From Trueperaceae bacterium (GTDB taxonomy: Bacteria; Deinococcota; Deinococci; Deinococcales; Trueperaceae): a stretch of 64,000 nt of DNA. This document shows positions 21,862 through 34,141 of this stretch, piece after piece (position 1 is the first letter of the stretch; every line of letters starts with the position of its first letter). The DNA is taken from NCBI GenBank assembly GCA_034521815.1, contig JAXHLW010000013.1, forward strand, positions 1,851,110 to 1,915,109, given 5' to 3'. A program made the translations under genes and the position numbers. The notes under the pieces are model-generated. The model had not been told where the DNA came from, did not search any database, and saw nothing but the letters and a program-made list of their open reading frames with translations.

Positions 21862-22719
21862 ATGCTCGATACCCCGTCCCTACATCGCCGCCTCGTGTCC
21901 ACGCTCGTGGGCGTCCTGACGCTCGTCGTCGGTGGTGGAGCCGTGGCCGACGCCACGCCGCACCAGCCTCCCGAGGCGGTCGTCCACGCTTACGACTACG
22001 CCTTCGACGGCCCCGACACGTTCGAGACCGGCCTCCGCCTCGTCAGGCTCGAGAACCTCGGCGACGAGCCGCACCACCTGCAGTTCGCCCTCCTGAACGA
22101 AGGCGTCGACATGGCGTCCTTCGGCGAGGCGCTGGCCACCCAAGGTCCGGGCGCGCTGTCGATGGTCACCCTGACCGGCGGACCCGGACTGATCGTTCCC
22201 GGCGCCACGACCGAGACCCTGGTCGACTTCGCGCTGCCGGGAACCTACGCGCTGCTCTGCTTCATCGAGACCGCGGACGGCGTGCCGCACCTGGCGCTCG
22301 GCATGGTCGACGCGCTCGAGGTGACCGGCGAGCCGCAGGCGGCGGCCGAGCTGAGCGCCGACGTCGAGGTCCGCATGGTCGATTTCGCGTACACGATGCC
22401 GTCGTCGATTCCCGCCGGCCGTACCACCTGGAAGGTCATCAACGACGGTCCGCAACCGCACGAAATGATCGTCCTGGAGCTGGCCGAGGGCGCGAACATC
22501 GACACGCTGATGCAGCACCTGGCCGAGCATGGCGAGGAAGGAATGCCCGCGAAGCCGATCGGAGGCGCCCAGGGACTGAGCGCCGGCCTCGCGAGCTATC
22601 TCGACTGGGAGCTCGAGGCCGGCGACTACGTCGCGATCTGCTTCATCCCCGATCCGGAGACCGGGCTCCCCCACCTCGCCCTCGGCATGGCCGCACCGTT
22701 CACGGTCGAGGCGAACTGG
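21862..22719 (+). CDS. Secreted two-domain cupredoxin-like (blue copper) protein
   Basis: AGGAGG RBS and signal peptide. Two repeats each carry H...C-F-I-x6-7-P-H-L-A-L-G-M. The true stop is probably at TGG 22717-22719; as written the ORF reads through. Confidence 0.78.
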
Positions 22720-22729
22720 GCCTGCACGC

Positions 22730-25700
22730 TCACCCTGCTGCTGATCCAGCAGCCGCACCAGCACCGTGCCCGAGCCCAGATCGAGCGCCTCGTCGTGCTC
22801 GATCTCCTCGAGCGCCGGGTCGAACCGGTCGAGCAGCTTGGGCACCGTGCTCAGGAAGCGATCGACCGAAAGGCGACCGTCGTCACGGGCCGCCTCGACG
22901 TAGCGACCGGCCAGCTTCTGCTGCGCCTGACGCAGGTCCATCACCAGGCCGGCCAGCGCGATCGTCTCCCACTTGTCCTCGCTCTCGAGCTCGCTCAGCC
23001 GGTCGCGCAGCCAGCCCAGCCGCAACCGCTCGCCGATCGCGTAGAACCGCTTGGCGGCCTCCTCGAGGTCCACGCTCAGCTCGCGCGCCACCTCGACCGC
23101 GCCGACCGAGGCGGGAACGTAGTCCAGCACCGCGACCTCGCTGGCCGTGTCGGCGTCGAACCCCTGCTTGACGAAGCCCTTCACCCGCCGGGCGAAGTGG
23201 CGCTTCTCGGCGCCGGCCACGATCTTCGGCAGCAGCTCGCGAAGCCTGGCCAGGGGACGCTTGTACCTGTCCGCGAACACGTGCATGTCCTCGCTCTCCA
23301 GGTCGTGGAGAAGGATCCAGGACACGATGCCCTCGACCGCGCGCACCATCTCGTCCTCCGCGAAGTAGCGCGCGTCGGCGTCCAGCTCGTCGTCGGCTTC
23401 CAGGCGATCCACGAACGCCTGGGCGTCCAGCAGGTCCATCGCCATCAGCGCCGCCCGGAGGATCTCGACCGGCGTCGCGCCCGATTCCCGGATCGTCCGG
23501 TGCACGAAGGTGACGCCCAGCAGGTCGACCACCTGGTTGGTGGCCTGGGTCGCGACGATCTCGCGCCGCAACGGATGCGCCCGGATCGCGTCGCCGTACT
23601 CTTTGCCCAGCACGGACGGAAAGTACGACACCAGCAGCGTCTCGAGGTGCGGATCGCTGGGGAAGTCGGTGTCGAGCAGCCGGCGGTACACGCCCATCTT
23701 CACGTACGCCAGCAGGATCGCGAGCTCCGGCCGCACGTAGCTCGCTCCCATGCGGGCCCGCTCGGCGCGTTGCTTGGCGTCGGGCAGGAACTCCACGCCG
23801 GCGTCCAACCCGCCGCGTTCCTCGAGGTACTCCTGCAGCGACACGAACAGCCCCGGGTTCTGCCGTGCGCGACGCTCCGCCAGCGAGATCGCCAGCGACT
23901 GGCGCGCCGCGTCGGTGAGGACCAGGCGCGACACCTCGTCCGTCATGTCGCCCAGCAGCCGGTTGCGCTGGACCTCCGACAGCTCGCCCGAGGCGACCAG
24001 CGGCTGCAGCAGGATCTTGATGTTCACCTCGCGGTCCGACATGTCGACGCCGCCCACGTTGTGGATCGCGTCGGTGTCGATCCGACCGCCGGCGCGGGCG
24101 TACTCGATGCGCCCCAGCTGTGTCAGGCCCAGGTTGCCGCCCTCGCCGATCACCTTGCAGCGCAGGTCCACGCCGTCCACCCGGACGGCGTCGTTGGTGC
24201 TGTCCCCCACGTCGGCGTGCCGCTCGTCCGAGGCCTTGACGTACGTCCCGATGCCGCCGTTCCAGAGCAGATCGACCGGCATCGTCAGGATCGCACGCAC
24301 CAGGTCCTGGCCGGACAGCGCCTCGGCGTCGGTGCCCAGCATCTCGCGGACCTGCGCAGAGAGCGGAATCAGCTTGGCGGACCGTGAGAACACGCCGCCG
24401 CCCTCGCTGATCACGTCGGCGTCGTAGTCCGTCCAGCTGGAGCGCGGCAGCCCGAACAGCCGCTCTCGCTCCAGGTAGGACGCCTCGGGGTCGGGATCCG
24501 GATCCAGGAACACGTGCAGGTGGTTGAACGCGGCTTGCAGCCGCAGGGTGCGGCTGTACAGCAGGCCGTTGCCGAACACGTCGCCCGACATGTCGCCGAT
24601 CCCGGAGACGGTGATCGGCTCGCGGGTCGGATCGACGCCCATCTCGCGGAAGTGCCGGCCCACGCTCTCCCAGGTGCCGCGAGCGGTGATCCCCTCCTCC
24701 TTGTGGTCGTAGCCTTGGCTGCCGCCCGAGGCGAACGCGTCGCCCAGCCAGTAGCCGCGACGCTGCGCGATCTCGTTCGCGACGTCGCTGAAGGTGGCCG
24801 TGCCCTTGTCCGCGGCGACGACCAGGTACGGGTCCTCCTCGTCGTGCACGACCATCCCCTCGGGATGGACGACCCGGTCGCCGACCCGGTCGTCGGTCAG
24901 GTCCAGGAGCGCGCCGATGAACACCCGGTACTTCTCCTCGACGTAGGCGCGAAGCTCGTCGCGGCCGGCGGGAGCGTGAGCGACGACGAATCCGCCCTTC
25001 GAGCCGACCGGCACGATCACCGCGTTCTTCGTCATCTGCGTCTTCATCAGGCCCAGGATCTCGGTCCGGAAGTCGTCGGGCCGGTCCGACCAGCGGATCC
25101 CGCCGCGGGCGACCTTGCCGCCCCGAAGGTGGGCCCCCTCGACGCCGTACCCGCTCACGGCGATCTCGTACAGCGGCCGAGGATCCGGCATGTGCGCGAC
25201 CTGCTGCGAGGCGATCTTGACCGCGATCGCGCCGCTGCGAAGGTAGAAGTTCGTCCGCACCGTCGCGCGCATCAGGTCGTGCAGCCCCCGCAGGATCCGG
25301 TCCTCGGGAAGCGAGGCGACCGCCGACAGGGCGTCCAGGAACACCCGGTCCGCCGCCTCGGTCTGGGCCGCCCGGTCGCCGTCCAGCTGCGGATCGTGGC
25401 GGGCCCTGAACGTCGCGAGCAGCGGCGGCACCACCGCCGGGTTCGCGAGCAGCGCGTCGTTGACGAAGCTTCGGCTGGTGACCGCGTTCAGCTGCGCGTA
25501 GTACAGCTGATACGCACGCAGCAGCTCCACCTCGCGCAGCGTCAGGCCGGCCGCCAGCACCAGCCGGTTCAGCCGATCGCTGGCGACCCCGCCGGCCAGC
25601 AGCCTCTCGAGCGCCGCGACCAGCCGGTCACGATCGGCACGCACGTCCAGCATCGCGCCCGCACGGTCCTGCACCCGGAACACGTCGATGGCGCGAGGAT

Positions 25701-27516
25701 CGTCCGAGCTGCGCAGCTCGTACGCGACCTGCTCCAGGACCCGCAGGCCGAGGTTCTCGAGCATCGGCAGCACGTCGGAGAGCGCCAGCGTGGCGTTGCG
25801 GTGGTAGATCTTCAGCAGCGCCGCCGGCTGGCCCGGGCGGTCGCCCAGCGGCGCCAGCAGATCGACCGAAGCGGTCTTCTCCCCGAGCGCCTCGAGGTTC
25901 TCGATGTCGCGCAGGGCTTGCGCGGGACGGACGTCCGCCTGGTAGCGCTCGTCCATCGCCGCGATCCAGCGCTCGGCCAGTCGTCGCCCCTGGGCGACGC
26001 CGTGACGCTCGATCGCGCGCTCGCGCAGGTGGTCGCTCCAGGTCCGCGTCAGCTCGGCCACCTCGGCCTCGAGCTCGTGCACGTCGATCCGGTCGCGGGT
26101 GAGATCGGTGACGAAGAAGAAGTGGAAGCGGACCTGCGCCTCGTCCTCGCCGATGGCCAGGGTGTAGTCGACGTGCTCCGCGTCCAGCCGCCGCGTCAGG
26201 TGCCGCTGAATCGCCATGCGCACGTCGGCGTTGAACCGCTCGCGCGGCATGATGACCATCATCCCCAGGCCCCGCTGCAGCTGGTCGGGCCGCACGGTCA
26301 GCTTCACGCCGCGCTCCTGCTCGAGCGCCATGATGGTGCGCACGTCGCGCCACAGCTGATCGGCGTCCGACCAGAAAAGCTCGGTGCGAGGCATCGAGTC
26401 GAAGACGCTGACGATCTCCTTGTAGTCGTGCGACCCGGGCACGGCGTCGTCGCGCTCCAGCACGCCCTGCAGCTTGCTTCGCAGGATCGGCGTCTCGTCG
26501 ACCGGGGTCGCCAGCGCCTTGCTGGTGAACAGGCCCACGATGCGTCGCTCGCCCAGCACCTGCAGGCCGCTGCCCAGCTTCTTGACCCCGACGTAGTCCA
26601 TCCGGGAGGGCCGGTGCACCGTGGACTCCGCGTTCGTCTTCGTCACGATCAGCGGCCTGCCGCCGGTGACGCGCTCGCGCAGGCCCTCGGGCAGCTCGGT
26701 CAGGGGGACCGGCTCGCGGTAGGCGCTCTCCTCGAGCTTCCTGAGGATGCCCAGCGCCGAGTCGGCGTCGACCTGCAGCATCCGCACCCCGTCGCGCTCG
26801 ACGATGTCGTACTCGCGGTAGCCGAGGTAGATGAAGTTGCCGTCGTCCAGCCAATCCAGGAACGTCGCGTACTCCTCGAGCTCCTCGCCACGATCGCGGT
26901 GAGCCCCCTGGGCGGTGCGCTGACGCACCTCGCGAAGCCCCGCGGCCACCTCCTGCGCCTTCTCGCGCAGCTCGGGGTAGTCGTCGGTCGCCAGCACCAC
27001 GTCGCCCAGCACGCGCTCGACGGCGTCGCGCAGCACCCCGCGGCCCGCTTCGCTGTCGATGCGCTCCACGAAGTACAGCTCGAACGCCTCCGGCGTTCCG
27101 CCGCCCCCGCGCGCGGACAGATCGGCGACCCGGCCGTCCTCGCCGCGCCTGACCCGGTAGATCGGGTGGAGCAGGTGGAACAGCTCCACGTCGTGCCTTC
27201 GGAGCGCGGTGCGGACCGAGTCGACGATGAACGGCCGGTCCCGCATCGTGACCCGCACGACGGTGTACGGCGCTTCCCAGCCGTCCGCCTGGAAGGTGGG
27301 GTCCAGCACGTCCACCGCCACGCCGTTCCCGCCCTGCTGGTCCAAGAACTGCAGCCCGCCGCGTGCCATCGCGACGAGCGCGTCGGGGTCGAACGCGTCC
27401 AGGAACCCTGGATCGGCCTTGTCGAAGAGCTGCTCCGCGAAACGGCCGAGGAGGGAGCGATCCCCATCCTCGGCGCTCGCGATGCGGCTGCGAACCTGTT
27501 CGAGCGTCGCTGGCAT
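22730..27516 (-). CDS. gdhB: Large NAD-specific glutamate dehydrogenase (about 1600 aa)
   Basis: DRPFIVDS, HLRGGKVARGGIRWSDR, KNAVIVPVGSKGGF, YLVVAADKGTATFSD and GIGDMSGDVFGNG. An out-of-frame TGA at 22730-22732 is the probable end. Confidence 0.93.
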
Positions 27517-27689
27517 GCCGTACGCCTCCCTGCGGTCGCCGCTCCGCGTGGTCCGCGGCCCGGCGCATTCATGGATTGCGTCACCATACCCGCGACCCTG
27601 CCTCGACGCGGCGGTATTCTCGCGCGCCGGGTCGTCGCAGCCGGTCGCGTCGCGGCCAGCGACGTCGTGGGCCGGATAGACTGGCCGCC

Positions 27690-28181
27690 ATGACGTTGCT
27701 CGCGGCCACCGCGCTGGTGGTGCTCGATCAGGTGGCCAAGGTGTGGGTCCAGGCGACGTTCGCGCTGGGCGAGCCGGGAACGCCGCTGATCCCCGGCGCG
27801 CTCTACCTCACGTACGTCCAGAACAGGGGCGCGGCGTTCGGCATGCTGCAGGGACTGGACCTGCGCATCGGTGCTCTGCACGTCGACGGCACCTTCCTGC
27901 TGGGTCTTCTCTCGCTGGCGGTGGCGGTCTGGCTGGCGGTGCACCTGATGCGGCACGGGCGCGAGCACGGCGCATGGATGCGGGCGGCGTTGACGATGGT
28001 GCTGGCCGGCGCGGTCGGCAACATGATCGACCGCTTCCGCCTCGGCTACGTCGTCGACTTCGTGCACGTCCACATCGGCTGGTTCGACTTTCCGGTGTTC
28101 AACCTGGCCGACGCGCTGATCAGCGTGGGCGCGGTGCTGCTGCTGGTCGTGTCGCTGGTCGCGCCGCAGGCACGGCGCTAG
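27690..28181 (+). CDS. lspA: Lipoprotein signal peptidase II
   Basis: LDQVAK, NRGAAFG, GAVGNMIDR, VVDF and FNLAD motifs. Confidence 0.95.
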   Translation: MTLLAATALVVLDQVAKVWVQATFALGEPGTPLIPGALYLTYVQNRGAAFGMLQGLDLRIGALHVDGTFLLGLLSLAVAVWLAVHLMRHGREHGAWMRAALTMVLAGAVGNMIDRFRLGYVVDFVHVHIGWFDFPVFNLADALISVGAVLLLVVSLVAPQARR

Positions 28182-28489
28182 CCTGCTCGCCGCGGCCGAA
28201 CTCGACCGTCGACTGGGCTCCGTCTGACCGCGTCGCTCACGTCGCAGCATCGTCGAGATCGGACCGACCTCGAACCCGCTCACCGCAGCGCGCACCCCGT
28301 GCACGCTGCGCGCGTGCACCGTCGGAAGCGCGGGCATGCTGGAATCGGCTGCGCCCCTGCTTGGCAACGACGCCGTTCGCTCCGAGTCGCGTCACGCCGA
28401 CCGGGCTCGATTCGTACGACATCGTGTTCACCGGCGTGATCGTGTTTCCGTTCAGCTCGAACACGGTCCACAGCGTAGCGCGCGACCGG

Positions 28490-29828
28490 AAGGAACGTCC
28501 GCAAGAAGCTGTCGGGATCGGCGTAGTCCGCCGCCCAGCCCAGCATGTACATCGGCAGGCGGCCTGCGTTGGCGTCGGCCAGGTAGGCGTTCCAGTCCTT
28601 CGTCCGGGGCCTCGCGATGATCCCGACATCGGCCAGGTAGCTCGCGATCGTCTCGGCGATCGCCTGCGGCGCGGGCTCCAACGGACTGCTCACCGGCACG
28701 TACCAGAGCTCGGTCGTGAACCCGTCCGCCAGACCGGCCTCCGCCAGCAGCGTGCGGGCCCGCGCCGGGTCGTAGCGGTACGGCTCCACCTCGGCGTGCC
28801 CCCAGAGGAGGGGCGGCAGGAAGTCGGTGGCGAGCGTCGCGAACGGCCCGTAGAACGCGTCGACGATCGCTTGGCGATCGACGGCGTGCGCGACGGCTCG
28901 GCGGACCCGGACATCGCCGTACGGCGTCACGTCCTGGTTCATCGCCACGAACCCCACGTTCAGCTCCGCCTCGGGCGCGATCACGCGCAGGTCGGCCCGC
29001 TCGCGGACGACGGCCACGGCGTCCGCGTCGAGGTTCAGCGCGATGTCCACCGTGCCGGCGAGCAGCTCGGCCAGTCGCGCGGTGGCGTCGGGCAGGCCCC
29101 GCACCACGACGCGCCGGACCCGTGCGGCCTCGCCCAGTAGCCGTCGTGACGCTCCAGCACCACGCGGTCGCCCTCGCGCCATTCGGCGAACCGGAACGGC
29201 CCGGTTCCCACGCTGCCGACCGCCGGCGTGCCGTAGTCGGCGCCCGCGGACCTGACGGCGGCGGGGCTGTCGATCTGGAACGCCTCGGGCGATCAGCCAG
29301 CACCTGGCTCGGCAGGAAGCTCGACCGGCTCGCGACCACCGCCAGGCGGACGGTAGTCGGCAGTCGACGATGATCACGCTCGATGCTGATGCGGATGGCT
29401 GACCGTCGCCGACGAAGGCCGCCGAAGACCGCCGCCAGCGGCACGTCGCCCTTGCCCGTCGTCATCGGTGCGCGTGCGGATGATCCGGCTCGTTCCAGCG
29501 ATCCAGGTTGAACTTCACGGCGTCCGCGTCGAACGGCGTGCCGTCGTGGACGGCGTACGACGATCACGGAGCGATCAGCGGTCCCCGACGGTCGGCGTCA
29601 CTCGTTGCGGCCGCCGGCGGTCGCCAGCCGCGGAACGGGCTCGGTGCCGTCGCGGCCGATCAGCCGCTCGGTCACGTTCATCGCGACGTTCTGCGAGAAC
29701 ACGTCCTGCGCGTCGGCGGAGTCCAGGCTGGTCGGCAAGGCGCTATCCGCCACCACCAGCGTCTGGGCGTGGCCGACGCCGGCGACCAGCGCCGTCGCGA
29801 GCACGAACAGGGTGAGGAACGGACGCAT
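28490..29828 (-). pseudogene. Peptide/nickel ABC transporter substrate-binding protein (family 5), fragmented and C-terminally truncated
   Basis: Signal peptide, SLDSADA, HDGTPFDADAVKFN, GPFRFAEW, DVRVRRAVAHAVDR, YRYDPARARTLLAEAG and GWAADYADPDSF lie in several frames. Confidence 0.7.
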
Positions 29829-29955
29829 GGGCTACCTCCATGCCCGGCGCGACACCCCCGTGCACGCCGTGCGATCGGCAGTCCGCGCACCGCCGTGGAA
29901 CCGGTCGTCGCGTGCGACGCTAGCGTACGAGCCGGGCCCGCCGGCCGGCACGCCG

Positions 29956-30850
29956 TCAGCCGATCCGTCCGACCGTCCTCCGTCGTCCTGCCGATCCGGA
30001 GGAAGCGCGGCCTGCCCGCCAGGTCGTCCGCGATCTCGATCGGTCGCCCGGCCGCCGCCGGATCGGCGCGAACCTCCGCGGCCGCCACGGCGACGTTGCG
30101 CGGATCGAGCTCGAACCACGCCTCCGCCGTGAGGGGGAGTCGTTCACGCAGGCGGCGCCAGGCACGGCGGAACGGTCCCAGGCCGTCCGGTCCGCCGAAC
30201 AGCGCCAGGGGCGGCTCGCGCCGAACCTCGGGGGGCAGCGTGGCCGCGTCGGCGTCTGGAAGGTAGGGCAGGTTGGCGACGAGCAGGTCCAAGCCCGGCA
30301 GCAGCGCCCGCACCTCGGGCGCCTCCAGCAGGTCGGAGCGGAGCAGCCTCACCCCAGGCGCAAAAGCGTCGACGTTCCGCTGCGCGACGGCCAGCGCCGC
30401 CGCGTCCACGTCGGCCGCCCACACCTGCGCAGCCGGTCGCTCTCGCGCCAAGGCGATCGCGACCGCTCCGCTTCCCGTCCCCAGGTCCAGGATGCGCGGG
30501 GCGTCGCGGTCCTCGATTGCGGTCAGCGCCAGCTCGACCAGCCGCTCGGTCTCGGGCCGCGGAATCAGCGCGTCCGGGCCTGCCTCGAGCTCGAGGCCCC
30601 AGAACGGCGCGACGCCCAGCAGGTGCTGAAGCGGCACGCCGCCCGCACGACCGGCGATCCAGGCGTCCAGACGGGCCTGCTGCGTGACGGTCAATCCAGC
30701 GTCCGGCTCGGTCAGCCACGACAGCCGGTCCCTGCCGGAGACCCGCTCCAGCATCGCCCACGCTTCGGCGTCGGGACGCTCCACGCCCGCGGCCGCCAAG
30801 CGTGCTCGGATCTCACCGACTCGCGACCTGCGCGGCCGACTGCCTGCGCT
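29956..30850 (-). CDS. prmC: Release factor glutamine methyltransferase PrmC/HemK (ends approximate)
   Basis: PLQHLLG, LIPRPETE, LDLGTGSG, NLPY and EPPLALFGGPDGL motifs. Confidence 0.9.
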
Positions 30851-30864
30851 CAGGGCGTCCTCGC

Positions 30865-31467
30865 TCAGAGCTGCGCCGGCTTGAGCACGACGCGCCGCTC
30901 GCGTCCCTCGCCGACCGACTCGCTCACGACGTCGGGATCGTCGGCGACGGCCATGTGAACGACGCGGCGCTCGGCGGCGCTCATCGGCTCGAGCTCGACC
31001 GGCTCGACCTGCTTGCGGACCTGATCGGCGGCGCTCAGCGCCTGGCTGCGAAGCCGCTCGTCGCGGCGGCGCTTGTAGCCGCCGACGTCGACGTTGACGC
31101 GCACGTTCGACGCCTCGTGGCGGTTGATCACCGCGTTGCAGATCTGCTCCAGGGCGGCCAGCGTGCGGCCGTTCTTGCCGATCAGCTTGCCTGCGTCGCC
31201 GCCGTAGATCTCGGCTGCGACCTCGTCGTCGTCCACGGTCGTGACCTCGACCGCGTAGGCGGGATCGACGTTGAGCAGCAGCCCGACGAGGAACGACTCG
31301 GTCCGCTCGCGCGCGTCGCCCTCGGCGGCGACGACGCCGGCGACGGGGAGGGGCGTCTCGAGGTCGAGCTCGGTCGGCAGTCGCGCGCCGCCGGGGGCAT
31401 CGTCGTCCGTCCCGATGCCCAGGTCGTGGAGCGCCTGATCGAGATCCTTGCCTTTGTCGTCGCTCAC
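30865..31467 (-). CDS. jag: Jag/EloR (KhpB) RNA-binding protein, KH + R3H
   Basis: GKLIGKNGRTLAALE KH motif and LEPMSAAERRVVH R3H motif, downstream of yidC. Confidence 0.92.
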   Translation of the reverse strand: MSDDKGKDLDQALHDLGIGTDDDAPGGARLPTELDLETPLPVAGVVAAEGDARERTESFLVGLLLNVDPAYAVEVTTVDDDEVAAEIYGGDAGKLIGKNGRTLAALEQICNAVINRHEASNVRVNVDVGGYKRRRDERLRSQALSAADQVRKQVEPVELEPMSAAERRVVHMAVADDPDVVSESVGEGRERRVVLKPAQL

Positions 31468-31477
31468 GAGCGTTCTC

Positions 31478-33017
31478 CTAACCTTTCGCGCCAGCGGGAA
31501 CGGGCTTGTCCTGGCTCCGCTGAATCAGCCAGTACTGCAGCACCTGGATGCCCATCGAGACCACGAAGTAGAGCAGCACGCCGGCCGGGAAGTTGAACAG
31601 GATGAAGGCGAAGACGACGTTGATCAGGATCTGCTGCCGCAGGCTCTGCGGATTGCCGCGCGACGAGAACCACGACATGCCGAACATCACGCCGATGTAG
31701 AGGACCGGCAGGATGTAGTACGGGTCGGCCTGGCCGAGGTCGGGCACCCACAAGAACCCCTCGCCGAACTCGAAGTTCACGAACACGCGCCAGAGGATGA
31801 TGAACAGCGGCATCTGCAGCAGGATCGGCAAACAGCCGCCGGCCGGGTTCACGCCGGCCTCCTTGTACAGCTTCATCGTCTCCTGCGTCAGCGTCTCGCG
31901 GTCGTCCTTGTACTTCTTCTGCAGCGCCTGGATCTTGGGCTGGAGCGCCTGCATCCCGTACATCGAACGCGTCTGGGTGCTGATCAGCGGCCACACCAGG
32001 ATGCGGAACAGCAGGGTCAGCACGATGATCGAGAGGCCCCAGTTGCCCACGTAGTCGTGGATCGTGCGCAGCACCCAGAGGATGCCCAGCGACAGGCGGC
32101 CGAGCAGGTTGGGCCGGAACAGCCCGGGCAGCTCGACGTACCCCTCCTGCTGGTAGCGGACCAGCTCGTTGGGCCCCAGGTAGGCGGTGAGGTCCAGCTG
32201 CGCGCTGGCACCGTCGCCGGGGGGCACCGTGGTCTGCAAGCGACATCTGCCGCGGCGGGAGCGAGAGCGCCTGCACGTCCGTCGACTCGGGCACGGGACG
32301 GAGCACGATCGCGAAGGCGGTGTTGCGATCGTTGTTCTGAAGGCTGACGTAGCTGGGGTTCGGGACCGGCTGCGACAGGGGGTTCGTGGCGAAGGTGCCC
32401 GACTCGCCCAGTCCCTGACCGATCTTGATCACGGGGTCGTCGACGCCGGCGACGCCGGGGAACGCCAGCTGCATCGGCATGGCGTCCTCGCCCGCCTCGA
32501 CGCGGGTGGCGTCGAGGCGGATCTCGATGGTGTGGGCGGTGTTCGCGACGCGCACCGTGCGCACGACCTCGAGCGGTCCGGAGCGGGAGCGGAAGGTGCC
32601 CTGGACGACCGTGTCGCTCAGACGCTCCCAGCTGGCCTCGGCGTCGGTGGGAGCGAGGTACTCGCCGTCCAGCAGAAGCGCCGCGCCCGGGATCGTCGCG
32701 TCGTCGGGGATCAGGTTCTGGCGGTTGTCCAGGTTGTAGTTCTGGAGGTTCTGGCCCTTCTGGGGCTTGGCGTACGCGGCGACGATCTCCCCGGCGGCCG
32801 AGAAGAACAGATCGACGCCCTTCGTCGGCACGCGGGTCAGCTCGGCGTCCTGCATCGAGCACCAGAACGACGCCCCTCCGGCGTCGCAGCTCTCGGCCAC
32901 GCTGTCCGCGTCGCGGAAATCGGCGAACGCGAACGCGTGGCTGCCGAAGTCGACGGCGGCGGACGCGACGGTGCCGAGAAGCAGGGCGAGCGTCGCGAGC
33001 AAGGACCTTGGAATCAC
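31478..33017 (-). CDS. yidC: Membrane protein insertase YidC (frameshift near 32240)
   Basis: Periplasmic domain in one frame; [24 protein letters not shown] and PAGVLLY in the next. Confidence 0.92.
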
Positions 33018-33361
33018 GATTCCTCCGGGAGTTCGGATCGAACGGGAGCGGAGCGGGGGGTGCTGGCAGGGGCGGGGGCCGCGGTGCCTGTCGAGGCCCC
33101 GTGCGAGGCGCCGGGCGAGGCGCCGTGCGAGCCACGGTGAGGCGGCACGGGATCGAGCCCGCCGGGGTGCCAAGGATGGCATTTCGCCACGCGCCGGACC
33201 GCCAGCCAGCCGCCGCGCAGGACGCCGTGCGTCAGGATCGCGTCGTGAGCGTAGGCGCTGCAGGTGGGGTGGAAGCGACAGCTGGGCGCAGGCTTCAGGG
33301 GCGAGATCCAACGGCGGTACGCCACGATCGGCAGGACGACCAGGCGACGCAGCGCGCTCAC
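33014..33361 (-). CDS. yidD: Membrane protein insertion efficiency factor YidD
   Basis: YRRWISP...[10 protein letters not shown]...[14 protein letters not shown]. Confidence 0.93.
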   Translation of the reverse strand: MSALRRLVVLPIVAYRRWISPLKPAPSCRFHPTCSAYAHDAILTHGVLRGGWLAVRRVAKCHPWHPGGLDPVPPHRGSHGASPGASHGASTGTAAPAPASTPRSAPVRSELPEES

Positions 33362-33713
33362 GGGAACGCGCTCCGTTCGAGCGCACGATCCAGCGCGTCG
33401 CGAAGCTCGGCGTAGCTGGCCTGGGCCGCCTCGGGCCGGGCGATGATCACCAGGTCCACGCCGGTGGGGCCTTCCGCCGGCGTGCCGCGCTCGCGTACGC
33501 GAAGGCGCAGCGCCTCGCGAAGCCGACGCCGTACCCGGTTGCGGACCACGGCGTTGCCGACCTTGCGGCTCACCACGATGCCGACCCGTATCCCGTCCGG
33601 CCGGCGCGGACGCCACCGCACCGACAGAAGACGCGAGCCTCCGGCGCGCCCCTTGCGGAGCCGCTGGAACGCCCGATCGCCTTTGAGCGACCGGACGACG
33701 GGAGGCGCGTCAC
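33358..33713 (-). CDS. rnpA: Ribonuclease P protein component (start approximate)
   Basis: [28 protein letters not shown] motif, between rpmH and yidD. Confidence 0.92.
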
Positions 33714-33728
33714 GCTGGCTCCCGCCGC

Positions 33729-33872
33729 TCAGCGGTCGGAAACGGTGAGTCGCGAGCGGCCCTTGCGACGGCGGCGCTTGATGACGTTGCGTCCCGAGGG
33801 GGTGCTCATGCGGGCGCGGAAGCCGTGCGTCTTGGCACGCTTGCGTCGGTTCGGCTGGTAGGTGCGCTTCAT
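33729..33872 (-). CDS. rpmH: 50S ribosomal protein L34
   Basis: [22 protein letters not shown]. Confidence 0.97.
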   Translation of the reverse strand: MKRTYQPNRRKRAKTHGFRARMSTPSGRNVIKRRRRKGRSRLTVSDR

Positions 33873-34141
33873 GCGGGGACTCCTTCCGTGGGTCCTTCTG
33901 GCAGGTCCGCACGCGGATCGCGGACCGTCGCGCATCGCTGGGCAATGAGCTGAGCGCAATGAGTCGGGAGCAGACGGCCTGGACAGACGGCCTGGAGCAG
34001 ACAGCGCTGCGCCCCGAGCCCGGCACGCCACGGCGACGGCGAGCGCCTAGCCGGAAGAGGATAGCACGAGACGGCGGCCGGCGCGCAAGCGGCGCGGACG
34101 CCCCCGCGGCGCGCGGCGCTCGCGAGCTGCTCGCAGGTCGA

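Noticed and set aside
21862..24387. 841-aa cupredoxin fusion protein
   Set aside because: Sequence after about 22720 is the antisense of gdhB; read-through comes from a missing stop.
24514..27693. 1059-aa ORF antisense to gdhB, and similar long antisense ORFs over ftsK (11455-14616) and sdhA (39146-41776)
   Set aside because: Shadow ORFs typical of high-GC codon bias. They have no motifs and mirror well-supported genes.
37..33017. Frameshifts in the serine hydrolase, asparaginase, AI-2E, hemW and yidC genes as pseudogenes or programmed frameshifts
   Set aside because: They hit essential genes such as yidC, often in G/C runs, with no shared slippery motif, and their density rises toward the window end. 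Sequencing indels are the simpler explanation.
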